DNA of 64,000 bases from Octopus vulgaris (lineage: Eukaryota): positions 45,818,001 through 45,882,000 of the forward strand of contig OX597815.1 of assembly GCA_951406725.2 (NCBI GenBank). The letters run 5' to 3'. The notes below the pieces were generated by a model. That model did no database searches. It had not been told where the DNA came from and was given only the letters and a program-made list of their open reading frames with translations. Shown here in pieces: positions 1-13,880 of this stretch (positions are counted from its first letter, which is position 1; each line of letters starts with the position of its first letter). The translations under genes and the position numbers were made by a program.

Positions 1-1567
1 ATAGTCTCTATCAACAATAAAAAGCTAGATGCCTTCTGTGAAACTAGAAAGAATAGCAATAAAAAAACACAACAATCAATTGATTGATATAATAAGTGAT
101 TCCCCAAATAACTCGCCCTCTAAAAATTCGTACAACCACCTTATAAATAATAATCCCCCTCAACATATCATAGGCACAGACTATCTTACTAATCTATGTG
201 GCTGCAGTGATAAAAATACTTGTGAATTCTTAAAGAAATGTAAAACTAAAAACGTAATATACTAATGTGATGTACTCTCAAATAATTACAAGAAAACTTA
301 TCCTGGAGCAACTAAAAATGAAATGAAACTTAGATATAATTCCCATCACTCAAGTTTCAGAAATAGAAGTAAAACAAACTCTACAGGACTTAGTGGTTAC
401 ATCTGGGAGCTGAAACATTAATTATAGATTAGAATAGCGTATCCTAGCCAAAGCATCTTCATATGACCTTAATAATAACTGCTGTAATTTATGCATAAAT
501 GAGAAATTCTTCATTTTAATGGCCAAATCAGAATTACTTAATAAACAAGACAAGAAAAATATAACGTTTGCATAAAGATAAATTCTTATTCTCTAAATAC
601 CGCTAATACCCACATTACAGGTTTTTAGCTGACCTACCTAATGCCTTATTACCTCCCTGAACCATCCCACTAGGCATAGAGCATAATTTAACATCACAGC
701 GCAATTTAAATTAAATTAAAGTACCCAGATTAACCAAACTATCTATTTAAAATCTACATTATACACTAGGGTGTATAATCCTTGATAATATATTAACTTT
801 AAAGCCGGATTGCTGACTCACATAACACATTATATTTTTATTGATTTTTGTGTACTCTTTATCTTTTTTTTTTTATTATTCCTTTACATAGCCCATATAT
901 ATACATTATGTTGTACTAAATTTAAGAAGCATCATTAGTTTTTAACAAGGGCATTATTTGTAATCATAGGGACTAACCTAGTGGTCACAAACAATATTAT
1001 ATATTACAATTAATAACACCAGATATCTCCACGAGGTATAATTCCTTCAACTAACACCACCGGTCAATTAGTCATTTTCCCCACTTACTGCTCCATTCAT
1101 CTAATTGAAGAAATGTACACACACATGGAACCCAAAAAGTCACTAAAATGTAAGCCTAAAGACTTAATGAACTTTTTCCTTTTCTTTTTCCTTTTTCCTT
1201 TTCCTTTATTTTCCCTTTTCTCCTATTTATATTCCTCTAAATCATTCTGATGATGTTTAAGTTGAACGAGATAAATGCAAATTTACCTTGATTTGATAAA
1301 CAGAAACATCTGTAAATGGTTCTGAACTACAATTAAATAATGACTTTGTAATACCAATGATCAACTTATCATTGTTAATTACTGCTCCATTACTTTTCTT
1401 TTCGATATATATTAAACCATGGTTTTACCTTTAAATTACATTTAGGAGTATACATAGTGAGGTAATAGACTAGCAGTGTCTACGGATACATTTATCCTTT
1501 AGATGGTTGAATAACCTCTGACTAATATTTTGCTTATATGTATATATAATATATATATATATATATA
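1..1567 (+). mobile_element. Penelope-like element 3' fragment: disrupted C-terminal GIY-YIG endonuclease (about 190-606), 3' pseudo-LTR with hammerhead, ending in (TA)n
   Basis: Translation gives CGCSDKNTC..C..KNVIY*C..TYPGAT..KLRYNSH..SF..STGLSGYIWELK..CNLCINEKFFI, with internal stops and frameshifts. It is homologous to the intact ORF at 45378-45962. HHR at 1241-1320; (TA)n at about 1541-1567. Confidence 0.85.
1241..1320 (+). ncRNA. Type I hammerhead ribozyme motif (PLE-associated) with extended stem II
   Basis: atcatt CTGATGA tgttta...(GCAA-capped hairpin)...taaaca GAAA catctg TA aatggt. Stem I is atcatt/aatggt and stem II is tgttta/taaaca. Confidence 0.75.
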
Positions 1568-4500
1568 CACTAATATTATGCTTATATGTACATCAAGAAA
1601 AAGTATGAAACTTAGATGATTTGAAAATGATTAAAACTTTTTGAAGTCATTTAAGACACTGTTATGGTATGTTTTTAATGTATTTTGTTGTGATATTGAA
1701 GTTTACAACCAGGAGAGTGAGTTGTAAGATCTACCCTCCATCCATCTCTCATCTATTGAATCAATGGTTTTCTATTAGATTGGGCTACCTTGACATGTGC
1801 TGATGAAGCTTTCTCTCTCTGACCCACATTCTATCAATTCAGATGTGGTCCATTTTTTAGTTTCATCACTTACATTTTCTCTCTATATATCAACTACCTA
1901 CCTACCATAATCTCCAACACAGATAATGCCACTCTAAGCATCAGTACTTCAACATCTTGCATCAAATCTGCACTGCTTCTTTAAAGAGAAACTTTGAAAC
2001 AACTTCCAATGGGGGACATCAATGTTGATATTTTTCAGCAGTAAAATTACTTCATTACTTCATATATCAAGAAAACATTATCACACCTGTTCCACTAAAC
2101 ATGAACAGCATGCAACTAAAATCTTCAAGATTACTGCAAATGTAAGGCCTCATCATCACAGAATTTGTCTTGTCTAGTTCACATTCTAAAGAAAGCAAAG
2201 ACTGCATTACAATATGACTTTTTTCTGTAAATACTTCAGTTCCTAGCAACCACTAAACCTCTTCAAAGCTTAGGTGAAACCACAATGAAGTGCTGCTGCC
2301 ATAAGCACGTTGTATTTGATCAATTGGATATTCAGTGTTAATTTGTGAAAAACATAGTGTGCTAATAAGTGGAAAGTGACTGGGCAGTGTAGGAGTTGGT
2401 TTATTTTGCAGATGTATGCTGATATAAATGTTATATAAATAAATGAGGTTTGATGAGTGAAAAAAATGTGTTTGTAATCTACTCAGAGTATTATATTTCT
2501 ATCCAGTGCATACCAACATAGAACAACAGATGTTAAATTTATGATGGTATGCAAAGGGTAAAAATGATGAAACAAAAGCTAGTCAGCAAAATTTAGTAAT
2601 TAGATAGTGTTTTCTGTAACACATTAACTAAAATGAAATGATGTTCATATGCACTTTTAGAAGCTATATGTTAACAAATAAATCTTTGTCATAGCTAAGT
2701 TTTGAGTCCTTTGTAAGTAATTTCTTTTCTTTTTAATTGTATCTCTTTTTTTTCCCATTTTCTATCATGTGCTTAAGTTGCAAATTTTTCTCATCAACAG
2801 TTGTTAAAATAGAACTTAAGTAATTATATTTTGTATTTGTGCATGTGGAATTTCTGATGTATAGCAGTTAGTCAAAGAGGAGCTGTTAAAATTTCTTATA
2901 AATATCTCCATTACTTATTTCTCATAACCTGAGGAGCTATCTTAACTTCAAAATGGTTTGCATTCACTTTGTAAACTTTTATGAGTATAGGTTAAGAGAC
3001 AGACAGGTGGGCATGCAAGTAGGTAGGCAGACAGGTAAGTAGACATGCTTGTAGTTAGTCAGGTTAGTGGGTAGACAGGCAGAAACAGATGTATAAGTAA
3101 TGCAAATACTATTGTGTGGAAGAAGAAAGAGAGCATACAGTCTTAGATGTTACTGGCACTCTTTGATGGCTGCTAAATTTATGGTTGGTTGGTTCTTAGA
3201 ATTGACTGCTGTGAAATATTACAAATAAAAATTCTAACTCAAGAGAAAAAAAGATCAGTAATTGTTTGATTATTTGGAATTGTTCAGTAGTAAAATGAAG
3301 TTACTAAGATCTCTTTCACAATTTCCAATATCTCTTGTTAAATAAAGGAAAAAGATATTGAATCAAGGGCAGGTGTTATTTTGGTAATTGTTACAAAAAA
3401 GTTTTCTTTTTGCTGAGATACCAAAAAAATATCTGTTGAACATTTTTGTTTTTGTGCATTTTTGAAAATCTACAATTGATTTTTGAAAATGAAATACTAG
3501 AAAAATCCAATATAATCATTTCTCAAGGGTAGAATTAACATTTCAATCACATTAGAACTGTTATAAAAGTAATTTGCATTCTACTCTGTATAATGATGAT
3601 TTTTCATGAAAATATCAGACCCCACCCCCCACTGCCAGTTCTGTGTAATGACTGGTAGTATGTTAAAGGTAATATTTCCTTCTTTAAATTTTCTTCATGG
3701 AAATTTCCTTATAACAGCTTGTATGAACTATTATATAAATGATGGTATTATGGATGCCATCAAAGAAAAAGTTGAATATCTTCAGAATTAATTTTTAGCA
3801 TTGTTTTTCTCAGTATTCTTAATTTATTAATATTTAAAAATTTTTTACAGTAATCATATGCTTCTATATTTAAGTTTCTTTACATGCATAAGAAGTTAAA
3901 ATTTTTTTTTCTTATTTAGTGTTTTTCTAATTTGTAAAACAAATTTACTATGAATGTATTTAGTTTTCTGTTCAATAGAGTAGTTAGGATTGCATCTCAA
4001 GGACTGGCCTTTCTCTTCAAGACCAGGAAATATTTCATATCTCAATAGTTACTGACATATTACAATGCTAATGTAGGGCCCACATTGGAGTTCTGCTTCC
4101 ATATCTAGGATGGTATTGCTATTGTGCATACAGGCATCTTGGATTGCATATAGAGGAAGGCCACTTGATTGGTTGGTATAAAGTCACTTACAGACATGTT
4201 CTAGTTTTTAGCCCACTGATATATCTTCCATTTCTGCTGTTTCTACAATTATTCTAAAACTAATCTAATGGCCTCTGCTCCTCAGAGCTAGCCGATCTCA
4301 TGCCACTTTCACTCAGGTACTCTGACTCATTTGTCCTTCTTCTTCTCATTACTCATATTGTGTCCAACTCCCATAAAATATCCCAGAGATCTTAAGAGGT
4401 CATCCTGAATACCACATACTTACTATTTTAACATAGCTATAACCATCCTGGTTCTAAGAAATATTAGGACTTCAAAATAAAATATAAATATACCCTGTGT

Positions 4501-4848
4501 ATGTGTATATGTGTTTAAGAGCTGGGCATATGTGTTTAAGAGCTGGGCATAGTTTTCTGGCTTATCAGTTCCTGTAAAATCATCCAACCCATGCTAATAT
4601 TGAAAAAAAAAGGGGTGTTAAAGGATGATGATGATGATATATACATACACAAATGCTTTCTCCTTAAAGTAAAATGTACAAACAATGAACCTCTTTCAAA
4701 AATCATATTAATTATGAAAATTATGAAAATGTTTTTATGTGAAATTTTGGAAAAGAACCCTGAAACAATAGTTATTTGAGATATATTGAAATATATGAAA
4801 ATGCTTATTATGATATATTCTAATCTATATCCATTCTTAATGTTTCAG

Positions 4849-4965
4849 CTTAGTCTGGTATTTCGAGCCATCCTTCTTGACTACGGTTGCTCTGTTGGGA
4901 ATGAGTATCAGTTTAATTGATTTTCTTGTTCCACTTTTGTCATCTATGTATGGTCCTGAAACCTG
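4849..4965 (+). CDS. ARL6IP1: ARL6IP1 internal coding exon (LVWYFEPSFLTTVALLGMSISLIDFLVPLLSSMYGPETW); earlier exons lie upstream of the window
   Basis: Boundaries tttcag|...|gtaagt. Aligns by eye to human ARL6IP1 LIIYYLDPSVLSGVSCFVMFLCLADYLVPILAPRIFGSNKW. Frame is continuous with the next exons. Confidence 0.93.
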
Positions 4966-5133
4966 GTAAGTAACCTGTAAACCTCAACCTTTACAAATCT
5001 TTATTATTTCTCCTTGCTATGATAAAATTTGCATAAATGATTGGCCCATTTCCTTTATAGGTGGTGCATCATATTTTTATGAATTACAAAGGCCTTTCAG
5101 GCTAGTGCTTAATTCTGCTGTGTTAAGCATACA

Positions 5134-5367
5134 TGAGGGGTGGATGTTGAAAAGTTCCTGGCTTTAAAGATATCGCGAAAGGCTTAGTTGGAGGCTCAAC
5201 TTTGATTTCTTTTATAGGGCTTAGAAAAACTGAAGGGCTACTTCCATAAGTGTGTGAATCTGAGAGGGGAATATGTTGAATAAAATTATAGTTAACTGAT
5301 CCTTCTGCATTTTCATTTGCCCAAAGCTAGGAACTTTTCAGCAACCCCTTGTACATACATACATACA

Positions 5368-5401
<34 letters not shown>

Positions 5402-5627
5402 CATGCATGCATGCATGCAAAGGAGTGCTGAAAAGTTCCTGGTTTTAAAGCCATTACGAAAGGCCTGGTTGTAGGCCCAACCTTCCAAGTTCTTTTACAA
5501 GGCTCAGTAAAACTGAAGGACCACTGTGTGAATCTGAGAGGGTAGTATTTTGAATAAAATTATCATTAACTGAACCTCCTGTATTTTCTTTTATCAAAAT
5601 CCAGGAACTTTTCAGTAACCCCTTGTA
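5134..5627. mobile_element. Two tandem copies of a mariner-type MITE (about 5134-5353 and 5417-5627) separated by (TACA)n
   Basis: Each copy has TIRs tgaaaagttcctgg...aggaacttttcag..cccttgta, and the two copies share a similar internal sequence. Confidence 0.75.
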
Positions 5628-5675
5628 CATACACATACATATGTACACACATACATACATACATACATACATACA

Positions 5676-5890
5676 TACATTATTTCACAAAAGTATGTAC
5701 ACCCCTGAAAAATTTCAGTAAAATTGCCATTACTCTGATAATATTGAAGGAAATCAAATGAAATTTATACTGAATAAAATATATTATACATGCAAACATT
5801 ATACAAATTTGGAACACAAAACAATAAACATTTTCAAAGATATAAACGAAATATTAATTTTCAAATGATACAAAACTATGTACATCCTAA
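5676..5890 (+). mobile_element. Tc1-like (IR-DR) terminal fragment
   Basis: tacattatttcacaaaagtatgtacacccct resembles Tc1-type ends. The motif recurs about 190 bp inside as acaaaactatgtacatcct. Confidence 0.5.
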
Positions 5891-7715
5891 AGTCTTTGAA
5901 TTCATGGACTTTGGACTTTAAGTCACTAAACAAGCATCTTAAGTCAAGCTGGTCAATATCAGCTTACAATGTTATCCTTTATTCATTTACTTGTTTCAGT
6001 CATTGGACTGCAGCCATGTTGGGGTACCACTTTGAAGGGTTTAGTCGAGCAAATCAATCATGCTACATTTTTCTTTTAAGTCAGGCGTTTATTCTGTCAG
6101 TCTCATTTGCTGAACTGCTAAGTTACAGGCATGTAAAGAAACCAACCCTAGCTGTCATGCAGTGGTGGGGAACAAACACAAAACCAAACACACATGCATA
6201 CACATCCTACTAAACATGGATGTATTATTAGAACACCAAATACTCTGGTATTTGCCTTGAGAGATCCTCTTTTATAGATGTGCTGTGCCAAAAGTACAGA
6301 CATGTATTGCAACTGACAACTGCTAGCTATTTGTGACATCAGTGACTGAAATGTCACTGTTATTCTAAAACTAATATATATATTAGTGGCATTGAGATTT
6401 GGCTGGTATGTGGGAACCATACACCTTCCACTGAGGAAGCACAGTATGATGAAATCACATGATCTAGCAGTTCCGGTACCCATACAGAGATGATTCCTGC
6501 CTACTGCGGTCTATGTCTGTGTTTTTAGTGCTGTACATCTATATGAGAAAACCTTTCAAGGTCAATACCACAGTATTCAGTGCTCTCATGATACATCCAT
6601 ATTTAGTAGGATATAAAGATTGCTATTTGGTATTAATACTGTTCCTGTTGCTAATATTTATTTTATAAAATTATATTCCTGTACTGTAAATTCAATGTAA
6701 ATTAACTATGATTCAACAATTTGTGTTGCTGATATAAGTTTAGTTGATGTATCCTTTGGTGCTGGATACTTTGGTATTAAAGTTCTTCAGCCACTTTCAT
6801 CAATGTACTTAGTAAATTTTTTTGCTATTTTCTTATTTTCTTAGGTCCTATGAACGTATCTTGCTGTTTTTTAGTTACCTCATGCAGCTAAACATTTGCA
6901 GTAACATCTGTAGTACACATTTACTTTTGTTACATGTATTTTCGAGTGTGGCTTAGCTGCTGCATTATTAAACTACAACTTTATAGAAGCCATTTTCAAT
7001 TTCCATTCTTTCCTCATACAAAGCTCGTGACTGACTCATTTCCACTTTTAACTGCTGCAGAAGTTTAGTCCTCATATATATGTCTTTAGGTGATTTCCTG
7101 ACTGAAAAATATTTTCTATATTTACCATTACTGTATCAGCCTTCCTGACTCAAATGATCTGGATTCTACCCAAGAAAATGATAACTTTCTAAACTTGGTG
7201 TTCCTGTTAACTACATCATTTTTGTTCTTCATTTTTAGTTCTGAACCCATTCAAGTGGCCATCAAAATGTCTAATTATATAAATATAAATACTTTGTGTC
7301 TGTAATGGTAAAACTTCTTAAAGGTCAGGCTGACTAGCACATTACACGAAAATGCTGGTTATATAGCATCAAAATATCCATTGACTTAGCTTATAGCTGT
7401 ATTATTTTTTAATGTTTATTTCATATCCTTTGGAGCTAATGTATGTTGTAGAAAGATGTGCAATTGGAACTATGCCTGGCTAATCATCATGGTAAACAAT
7501 AAATTCCTAAACTTATATCCAACTTAACATTTCTAACTAAACATGGCCAAAAGAAATATAAGATGAGGCAAAATAGATAGGAAAATACTATTTTCTGTGG
7601 AATATTTCTAAAACTAAAAGCTGCTTCTTATACTGAGAGGAGTCGTTTTCCGAGATAAAAATTACTTTCTTAACAGTTGTATGGAATAAAATTTTTTATT
7701 TATCTTTTTTTTTAG

Positions 7716-7833
7716 GACTGTGGTTCAAGAACAGCAATTTGAGCAAATATGTGAGCGTATCATGAATGTAAGGGACCATCTGACTAATGTCAAGACTACA
7801 TTGGTGGGACTTAAAGTAGAGAAACCAAAGGTG
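7716..7833 (+). CDS. ARL6IP1: ARL6IP1 coding exon (TVVQEQQFEQICERIMNVRDHLTNVKTTLVGLKVEKPKV)
   Basis: Polypyrimidine-tag|G acceptor and |gttagt donor, 118 nt. Matches human TTEQQQRFHEICSNLV...LKEEKPKM. Confidence 0.93.
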
Positions 7834-7974
7834 GTTAGTATGTTGTTTCTTTTTTAAAACCTGTGTTTAAATTTCTAAGTAGCTATTTCTTTGTGGAGGT
7901 TACTCAGACCTTGAAAAGAGCAGTGGTTCATCTTAAAATGGAATCAGCAATGCCATGTTTGCTACATGTGTATA

Positions 7975-8048
<74 letters not shown>

Positions 8049-8218
8049 TGTATGTATGTATGTATGTATGTATGTATGTATATGTGTATATATGTATGTA
8101 TGTGTATGTATATATATTTGTATATATATATGTATGTATGTGTATGTATATATATGTGTATATATATATGTATGTATGTGTATATATGTATATGTATGTA
8201 TATATGTATATGTATGTT

Positions 8219-8247
<29 letters not shown>
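7975..8247. repeat. Compound (TA)n/(TATG)n microsatellite
   Basis: Seen directly; source of the spurious YIYI/MYVC ORFs. Confidence 0.95.
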
Positions 8248-8249
<2 letters not shown>

Positions 8250-8529
8250 AGCCTCGGGCTGACCAAAGCCTTCTGAGCAGATTTGGTAGATGGAAACTGA
8301 AAGAAGCCCGTCATATATATATATGCACACACACGTATATACATGCATACTTCTAGTTTTTCTGCCTGGAATGTGGCGGAAGTTGTTCTCTGCCCATTTT
8401 CAGTGTTTATTGCTCCTGAGCATCTGCCACATACAAAAACTATCTTCCCAGTTAGCCTTCCTTTGATATTGCTGCACTTCTTATGTGTCCATAGCTTACA
8501 CTAGGTACATCTTATAGAGTTTCTACCTA

Positions 8530-10180
8530 TGCTTTTTCTACAGATCGAGCAGAGCCATCTACCTGAAGGGATTTGTGGTTTGTCTGCTTTCCTACTTAGG
8601 ACTTTGGTTTTAGCTAGGTTGACTCTAAGGCCCTTCATTTCTAATCCTTGCTTCCACACCTGAAACTTCTCCTCTAGTTCTGATAGTGACTCAGTAATTA
8701 CAGCAAGGTGATCAGCATGGAGGAGCTCCCCAGGGGCATCCTATTTTGAATTCCTCTGTTATTGCTTGGAGGACTATGATAAATCGGAGGGGGCTTAGGA
8801 CTGAACCTTGGTGGACCTCAACCTCTACCCGGAATCCTTCACTGTACTTGTTGCCAACCCTCACTTATTGACACCATCCCTGTACATGGCTTACACAGCT
8901 CTCACTAACCATTCATCCACCCCTAGTTTCTCTATTGACTACCAGATTAGGGATTGGGGGACCCTGTCAAAAGCTTTCTCCATGTCAACGAAAGCCAGGT
9001 ACAGAGGTTTATCTTTGGCTAAGTATTTCTCCTGCAGCTGTCTTACCAGAAATATAACATCAGTGGTGCTTTTCCCTGGCATGGACCCAAACTGCATCTC
9101 ATCTAAACTGACTCTCTTCCTAATTAGTTGGGCTATGACCCTCTCCGTGACCTTCATTACCTGATCCAACAACTTGATACCTCTGTAATTATTTGCATCT
9201 AGAGCATCACCTTTACCATTGTAGCAGTTGACTATTATGCTGCTACACCAGTCATTGGGTATGACTCCTTTGTGTATCACCTGGTTAACTATATGAGTGA
9301 CTTGGCTATAGACAACACTGTCAGATATTTTGAGCATCTCTGCAGTAATTCCTGATGGCTGGGGGCTTTCCCTGTCTTCATACTCTTAATTGCTTTATCT
9401 ACCAAGGTATTATCAATTTGGATAGCTGGTCCCTCTGTTGGGTTCACTTTCGGCAGACTCTCTTTCTCCCATTCATTTTCTTTATTGAGCAACCTTTCAT
9501 AGTGGCGTCTCCAAACCTCTCTCTTTGCAGCCTCATTTAGTGCAAGTGAACCATCATCCATGTGGACACATTTCTCTCCTATGACATCATGATTCTCTCT
9601 CACACACTGTCTTGCAACATGAAATACCTCAAGTCTTTGGCCCTCATGGCGCAGAACATTGTCAAATTTTTTCTTATCTGCTTCCCCTCTGGTTAAATAA
9701 ACCTGTTTCCTAGCTTCCCTTCTGGCAGTCTGATAGAATTCCCTGCTACCACCATTCTTCTAGTCCTTCCAAGCCTGTTTCTTTTCTCTAATAGCCCTGT
9801 CAACAACATTGTTCCACCTTCACATTATTTTGGGTCGAGAGGGGACTTTGCACCATCCACAGATCTGGTCAGTGGCCCTCAGCGGGTTGTCCCATAGAAA
9901 CCTCCAGTTGTCTTCCACATCGTGTGAAGCTATATTCCCTTCTATTTCATCAAAGGCTTCGAGTAATATGTCTCTAAGTTTCTGTCTATTCATAGGATCT
10001 TTAAGCTTCAAGACCCTTCTCCTCCATGCTGGTCGTCTTTTGGGCATCCATTTAGCCCTGATCCTAATGTTGCTAACTATGTTGTGGGGTAAAGTCTTTG
10101 CCTGGGAAGGTTTTGGCATTTATAAGCAGCCATCTTTCCCTTTTTTTGACGAGGATGTAGTCAATTTGGCTTGTGTCTAT
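8530..10180 (-). mobile_element. Degraded RTE-clade LINE (reverse transcriptase region) in an ARL6IP1 intron
   Basis: ORFs 8939-9337, 9289-9603 and 9820-10119 give NYRGIKLL, QFGSMPGKSTTD, AFVDMEKAFDRVP. Further downstream are VHQGSVLSP and a degenerate ELLHADHL (YADD site). Confidence 0.9.
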
Positions 10181-13100
10181 AATGGTAAAATTCTTAAAAT
10201 TCTTGGTCATCATATAGATTACCATATTCTGCTGTATATACATTTTAATCTGATATTGTTTATAACTATAAATTAAAGATATATAGAAATGTACTGTGGG
10301 TAATTAACATGATGGCTACATTGCTTTAGTAGCAATAGGAAAATATTGACCTTTATCAGAAAAATACAACAGCAACATTTATATTCTTAGTCATCTAGAA
10401 TGAAATGCACACTGAAGTATAAGAGAGCCAACATATTTTAAAATATTGGTCATGCACTTGAAAATGTTTACTACTTCATATAAATAGATAAGTCTTTCTT
10501 AATGCCAAGCAGCAGAACATCAGGGAATGTTTGTTCTTTAACTAGTATAAGTTTGGATAGAGAGTGCTCCATAGTTGCTGTTGTTATCAGAAGTGTTGCA
10601 TGTACTTTAAACAACTCTCACAATTTGAAAGACAGGAATTTCAGATAATTTTTTGGGGAATGAGTATGATTGAAAACACCCTCAGTTCTGTTTGTCATTG
10701 TCTCCTTCAGAACCACAGAACTTGCAGAAAATATTTAGATCTCAAACTTTACTAGTTGTTGCCATGTCCTTTTAGGACCACAATTAGGCTTTGGAATGAC
10801 TTTAGGATTTTACCTGTCTTACCTGTGTCATTTGCTTTAAATCTAGTTTCTTGAACGAGTGTATCTAGAAATATTTTATATATTTTCAGCTGATAGAACT
10901 CTTCCAAAAGACCAATTTATTATTGTAGCCATAGAGCCACGCTTGAACCTTGCAGGCATGTTTCTTGATCTGCTCTGATCAGAAGTTTCTCTTGGAACTT
11001 ATAATACTGAGAATTCATTTTTCAGTCTTACAGCATTCAATCAATTATTATAAATGCAGTTTGTAGATCAAGGTCATCTTGCTATTGATGAACATGTGAT
11101 ACAGTAGTTGTTTCCTTAAATACTGGTGTTGCAATTTTAAGGCAAAGAAGGGACTCCTGCTTGATGTACATAAGAAAATTGCCACATCTTCACTTGCAAA
11201 ATCTTGTAGACTACTTTCACATATCTTGATTATGAACTGTTTGAGAATCACAAACATCTTTAAGTTTCTCTGAGTAGCTTCTCTGCAGGTTAATCTTGTT
11301 TTTTTTCAGTTCTTCAGCTTTGGGGCCCAGAATAGATGGAAAGTTGAGTTTGTATGAATGAAGCATTCCACTTAGTTAACATTAGAATGAAATTGTATAA
11401 CCTCTTCCTTAAAGATCAATATTTTATATGCCAATACATCAAATTATAATGTATTTAATTTAATTAATTTGGACCAATTGTTTGGAAAACAATCACATTA
11501 TTTATATTAATATAATTTAACTTTAGGTAAATCATGTTCCATTTACTTTAAAAAATTGAAAATCTTTAGTGCTCATATACCACAAAACTGTTTACTTAAA
11601 CATAAACTTCCAATAATTTATACTACAAGTAACAAATACTAACATATTAGATAGCCATTAGGCCAACAGTCAGCTTGATTTTACAGTTTTTATAAGCCTA
11701 AGATTCAAGTGGTGTGCATGGCAGTGAATGAACAAAGCTTTTCTGTTGTGTTGAAAAATCCTTACTGAATCCCTACGTATGATTCGCTAATGTTAAACAA
11801 TTTTATTATAGTCAAGGCCCTTCATGTTTTGTATCTGTAAGCTCTTTTTTTCTTCTTTTTTTCTTTTTTGCTAAATGAGCTCTTCACTAGTTGTAGACTC
11901 AGTGATACACATTTCAATGAAATGATCTTTGATTTCATTATCATAAACATGGTGAATGCATACAGAAGCTTACTCAATGTAGGAAACATCTGTTATCATA
12001 TTTTTGTTGAAATATGCTGCCTTTGTTTCAGTTAATTTTGAAAATGATTAAGAATTTATTAAAGTAACTTTGTCATTATTAACCTGGTGTTTGGAGCATA
12101 AGTCAACATGAAATTTTGAAAGAAGATTTTAATGTAGATCACTTTAAACATTAAGTTTGTATCATAGAGGCAGAGGTGGTCTTGGTTGGGTTGGTATAAA
12201 AAGAGTTAAGGAACAAATATGTTGTTTCTGCCTTGATTTCAATTTGATATTGATTTTCTTATATTAATATCAAAAGACTTGTTCATGTCATTCTGAATAT
12301 AGTTTGAAAACATTTACACCTGTGATTTTGTTTTTGATGAAGTACACTGTATAGCATCATGATGGTTCTTTATGACAATCATATTTTGGCAATCAGTTCA
12401 AGGAAGTTTCCGCTTTTTAAATTTGCTTCACTCTCAGCCTCACCTCTTAGTACTCTGTCTACAAAATAATGTAGTATTAAATATACCTTACCTAAAAATA
12501 AGATTGTAATTATAGGTCTGTTGGGCTACAACTGACCTAAAGTTGACTCAACAAAATCAGTAATTACATTTTGTAGATAAAACAGTATCACACTTTCAGA
12601 TTCCTTTTTTCATGCATCTTTCTGTCTGTTGATAGTAGAAAGGAGAAAGGAAACTATGTAGAAACTAGTAGAAAGGAAGCTAAGAAGAAAAAATATTGAA
12701 ATAGCAAGTGTAATAAGCAACATTCTTTGGTCAATTAACATAACACAAGCAAATTTTTAGGACATTGTTACATATATACAACCATATTTGAACAATTTTT
12801 TTTCTCATTTTTTAAAAACTTTCATATATTTGTGATATATTTTTGACATTAAAGCTTGTTTTTCTTCTATTTGTCAGATACTTTTGGTTAAATACATTCT
12901 GAAGTATTGATAATGTTGGAAAAGTTATAATATTTCCTTCATTGCCAGGAAATGTATATTTTTGGTCTTTTGTTTTTTGATAGGGTTGTTGTTTATTTCA
13001 TAATTAAATTATCTTTTCAAACAGGCTGTTATACATATTCCAGGAACTTGCCTGTTATTCACAAAAGATGCAGAATCAAATTTCTTACATTCTCTACTTC

Positions 13101-13795
13101 TTCTATGTGATAATAATAATTCATAATAAACACAAAGTAAAACCTGTTGAGTGGGAATGATGTATGTAGGAGAGAAGGATTTACCATAATTGTCATACTT
13201 ACAGAAAAATTGCAATGTTTTATCATAAATAATCTGGGTATTTTTTCGAATCTTTTAATGCAAATTGCATTGTTGTAAAGGTTATGATATCTTGTTTAAT
13301 AAAATATTTATTAATTAAAAAAAAGAGTATTGATTTTTAGTATTTGCACATTAGTAACTGCACCAAGTGGAACTTTTTACAAAGTAATAGTGGAACAAGT
13401 AAAAATCTAGAACTAGTAATATATATTCTATAAAAATATATTTAAAAAATTTTTTACTGAAGAGACTTGTAGAAGGAAGAGGGAAAGGAATTAAGCTCCC
13501 TGATCTCCTACACCTGTGCACTTGTCTATGGTTGCTATAAATATATATACACAAGTAGTGGACAAATGAAAGAAAATAGTACTCTACACATTTAGTAGGA
13601 GTTACATTTGCTTTAAACAGCAGTTCCATATGACAACATTTCATGTGTGCATAGGACAGACCCTTCTCATCTGATAAGCTGAGTCAAACTGTTATTAAAA
13701 ATATGTGTTCATGTGTGCGTCTGTGTATGTGTGTGAGAGAGAGAGAGGATGCATTGAAAAAAAATTAATGATGCTTTGTTAATATCTTATTACAG

Positions 13796-13880
13796 TATTT
13801 CGCTGTAACGATGGGAATCATGGCTTTCTTTGCTTGGTTTGGTAGCTTGGTGAACAATCTGATACTCACTTATCTTATTG
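13796..13880 (+). CDS. ARL6IP1: ARL6IP1 coding exon (YFAVTMGIMAFFAWFGSLVNNLILTYLI)
   Basis: ttacag|...|gtaagt, 85 nt. Matches human YFMTMIVSLAAVAWVGQQVHNLLLTYLI. Confidence 0.95.

Noticed and set aside
200-606. Selenocysteine or read-through recoding of the PLE ORF, as reported for some Naiad PLEs
   Set aside because: The interruptions are TAA stops and frameshifts, consistent with ordinary decay.
6200-7300. Possible ancient LINE or transposase remnants (also about 1730-2250, 4000-4430 and 10500-11350)
   Set aside because: Composition is suggestive, but no diagnostic motif could be read with confidence.
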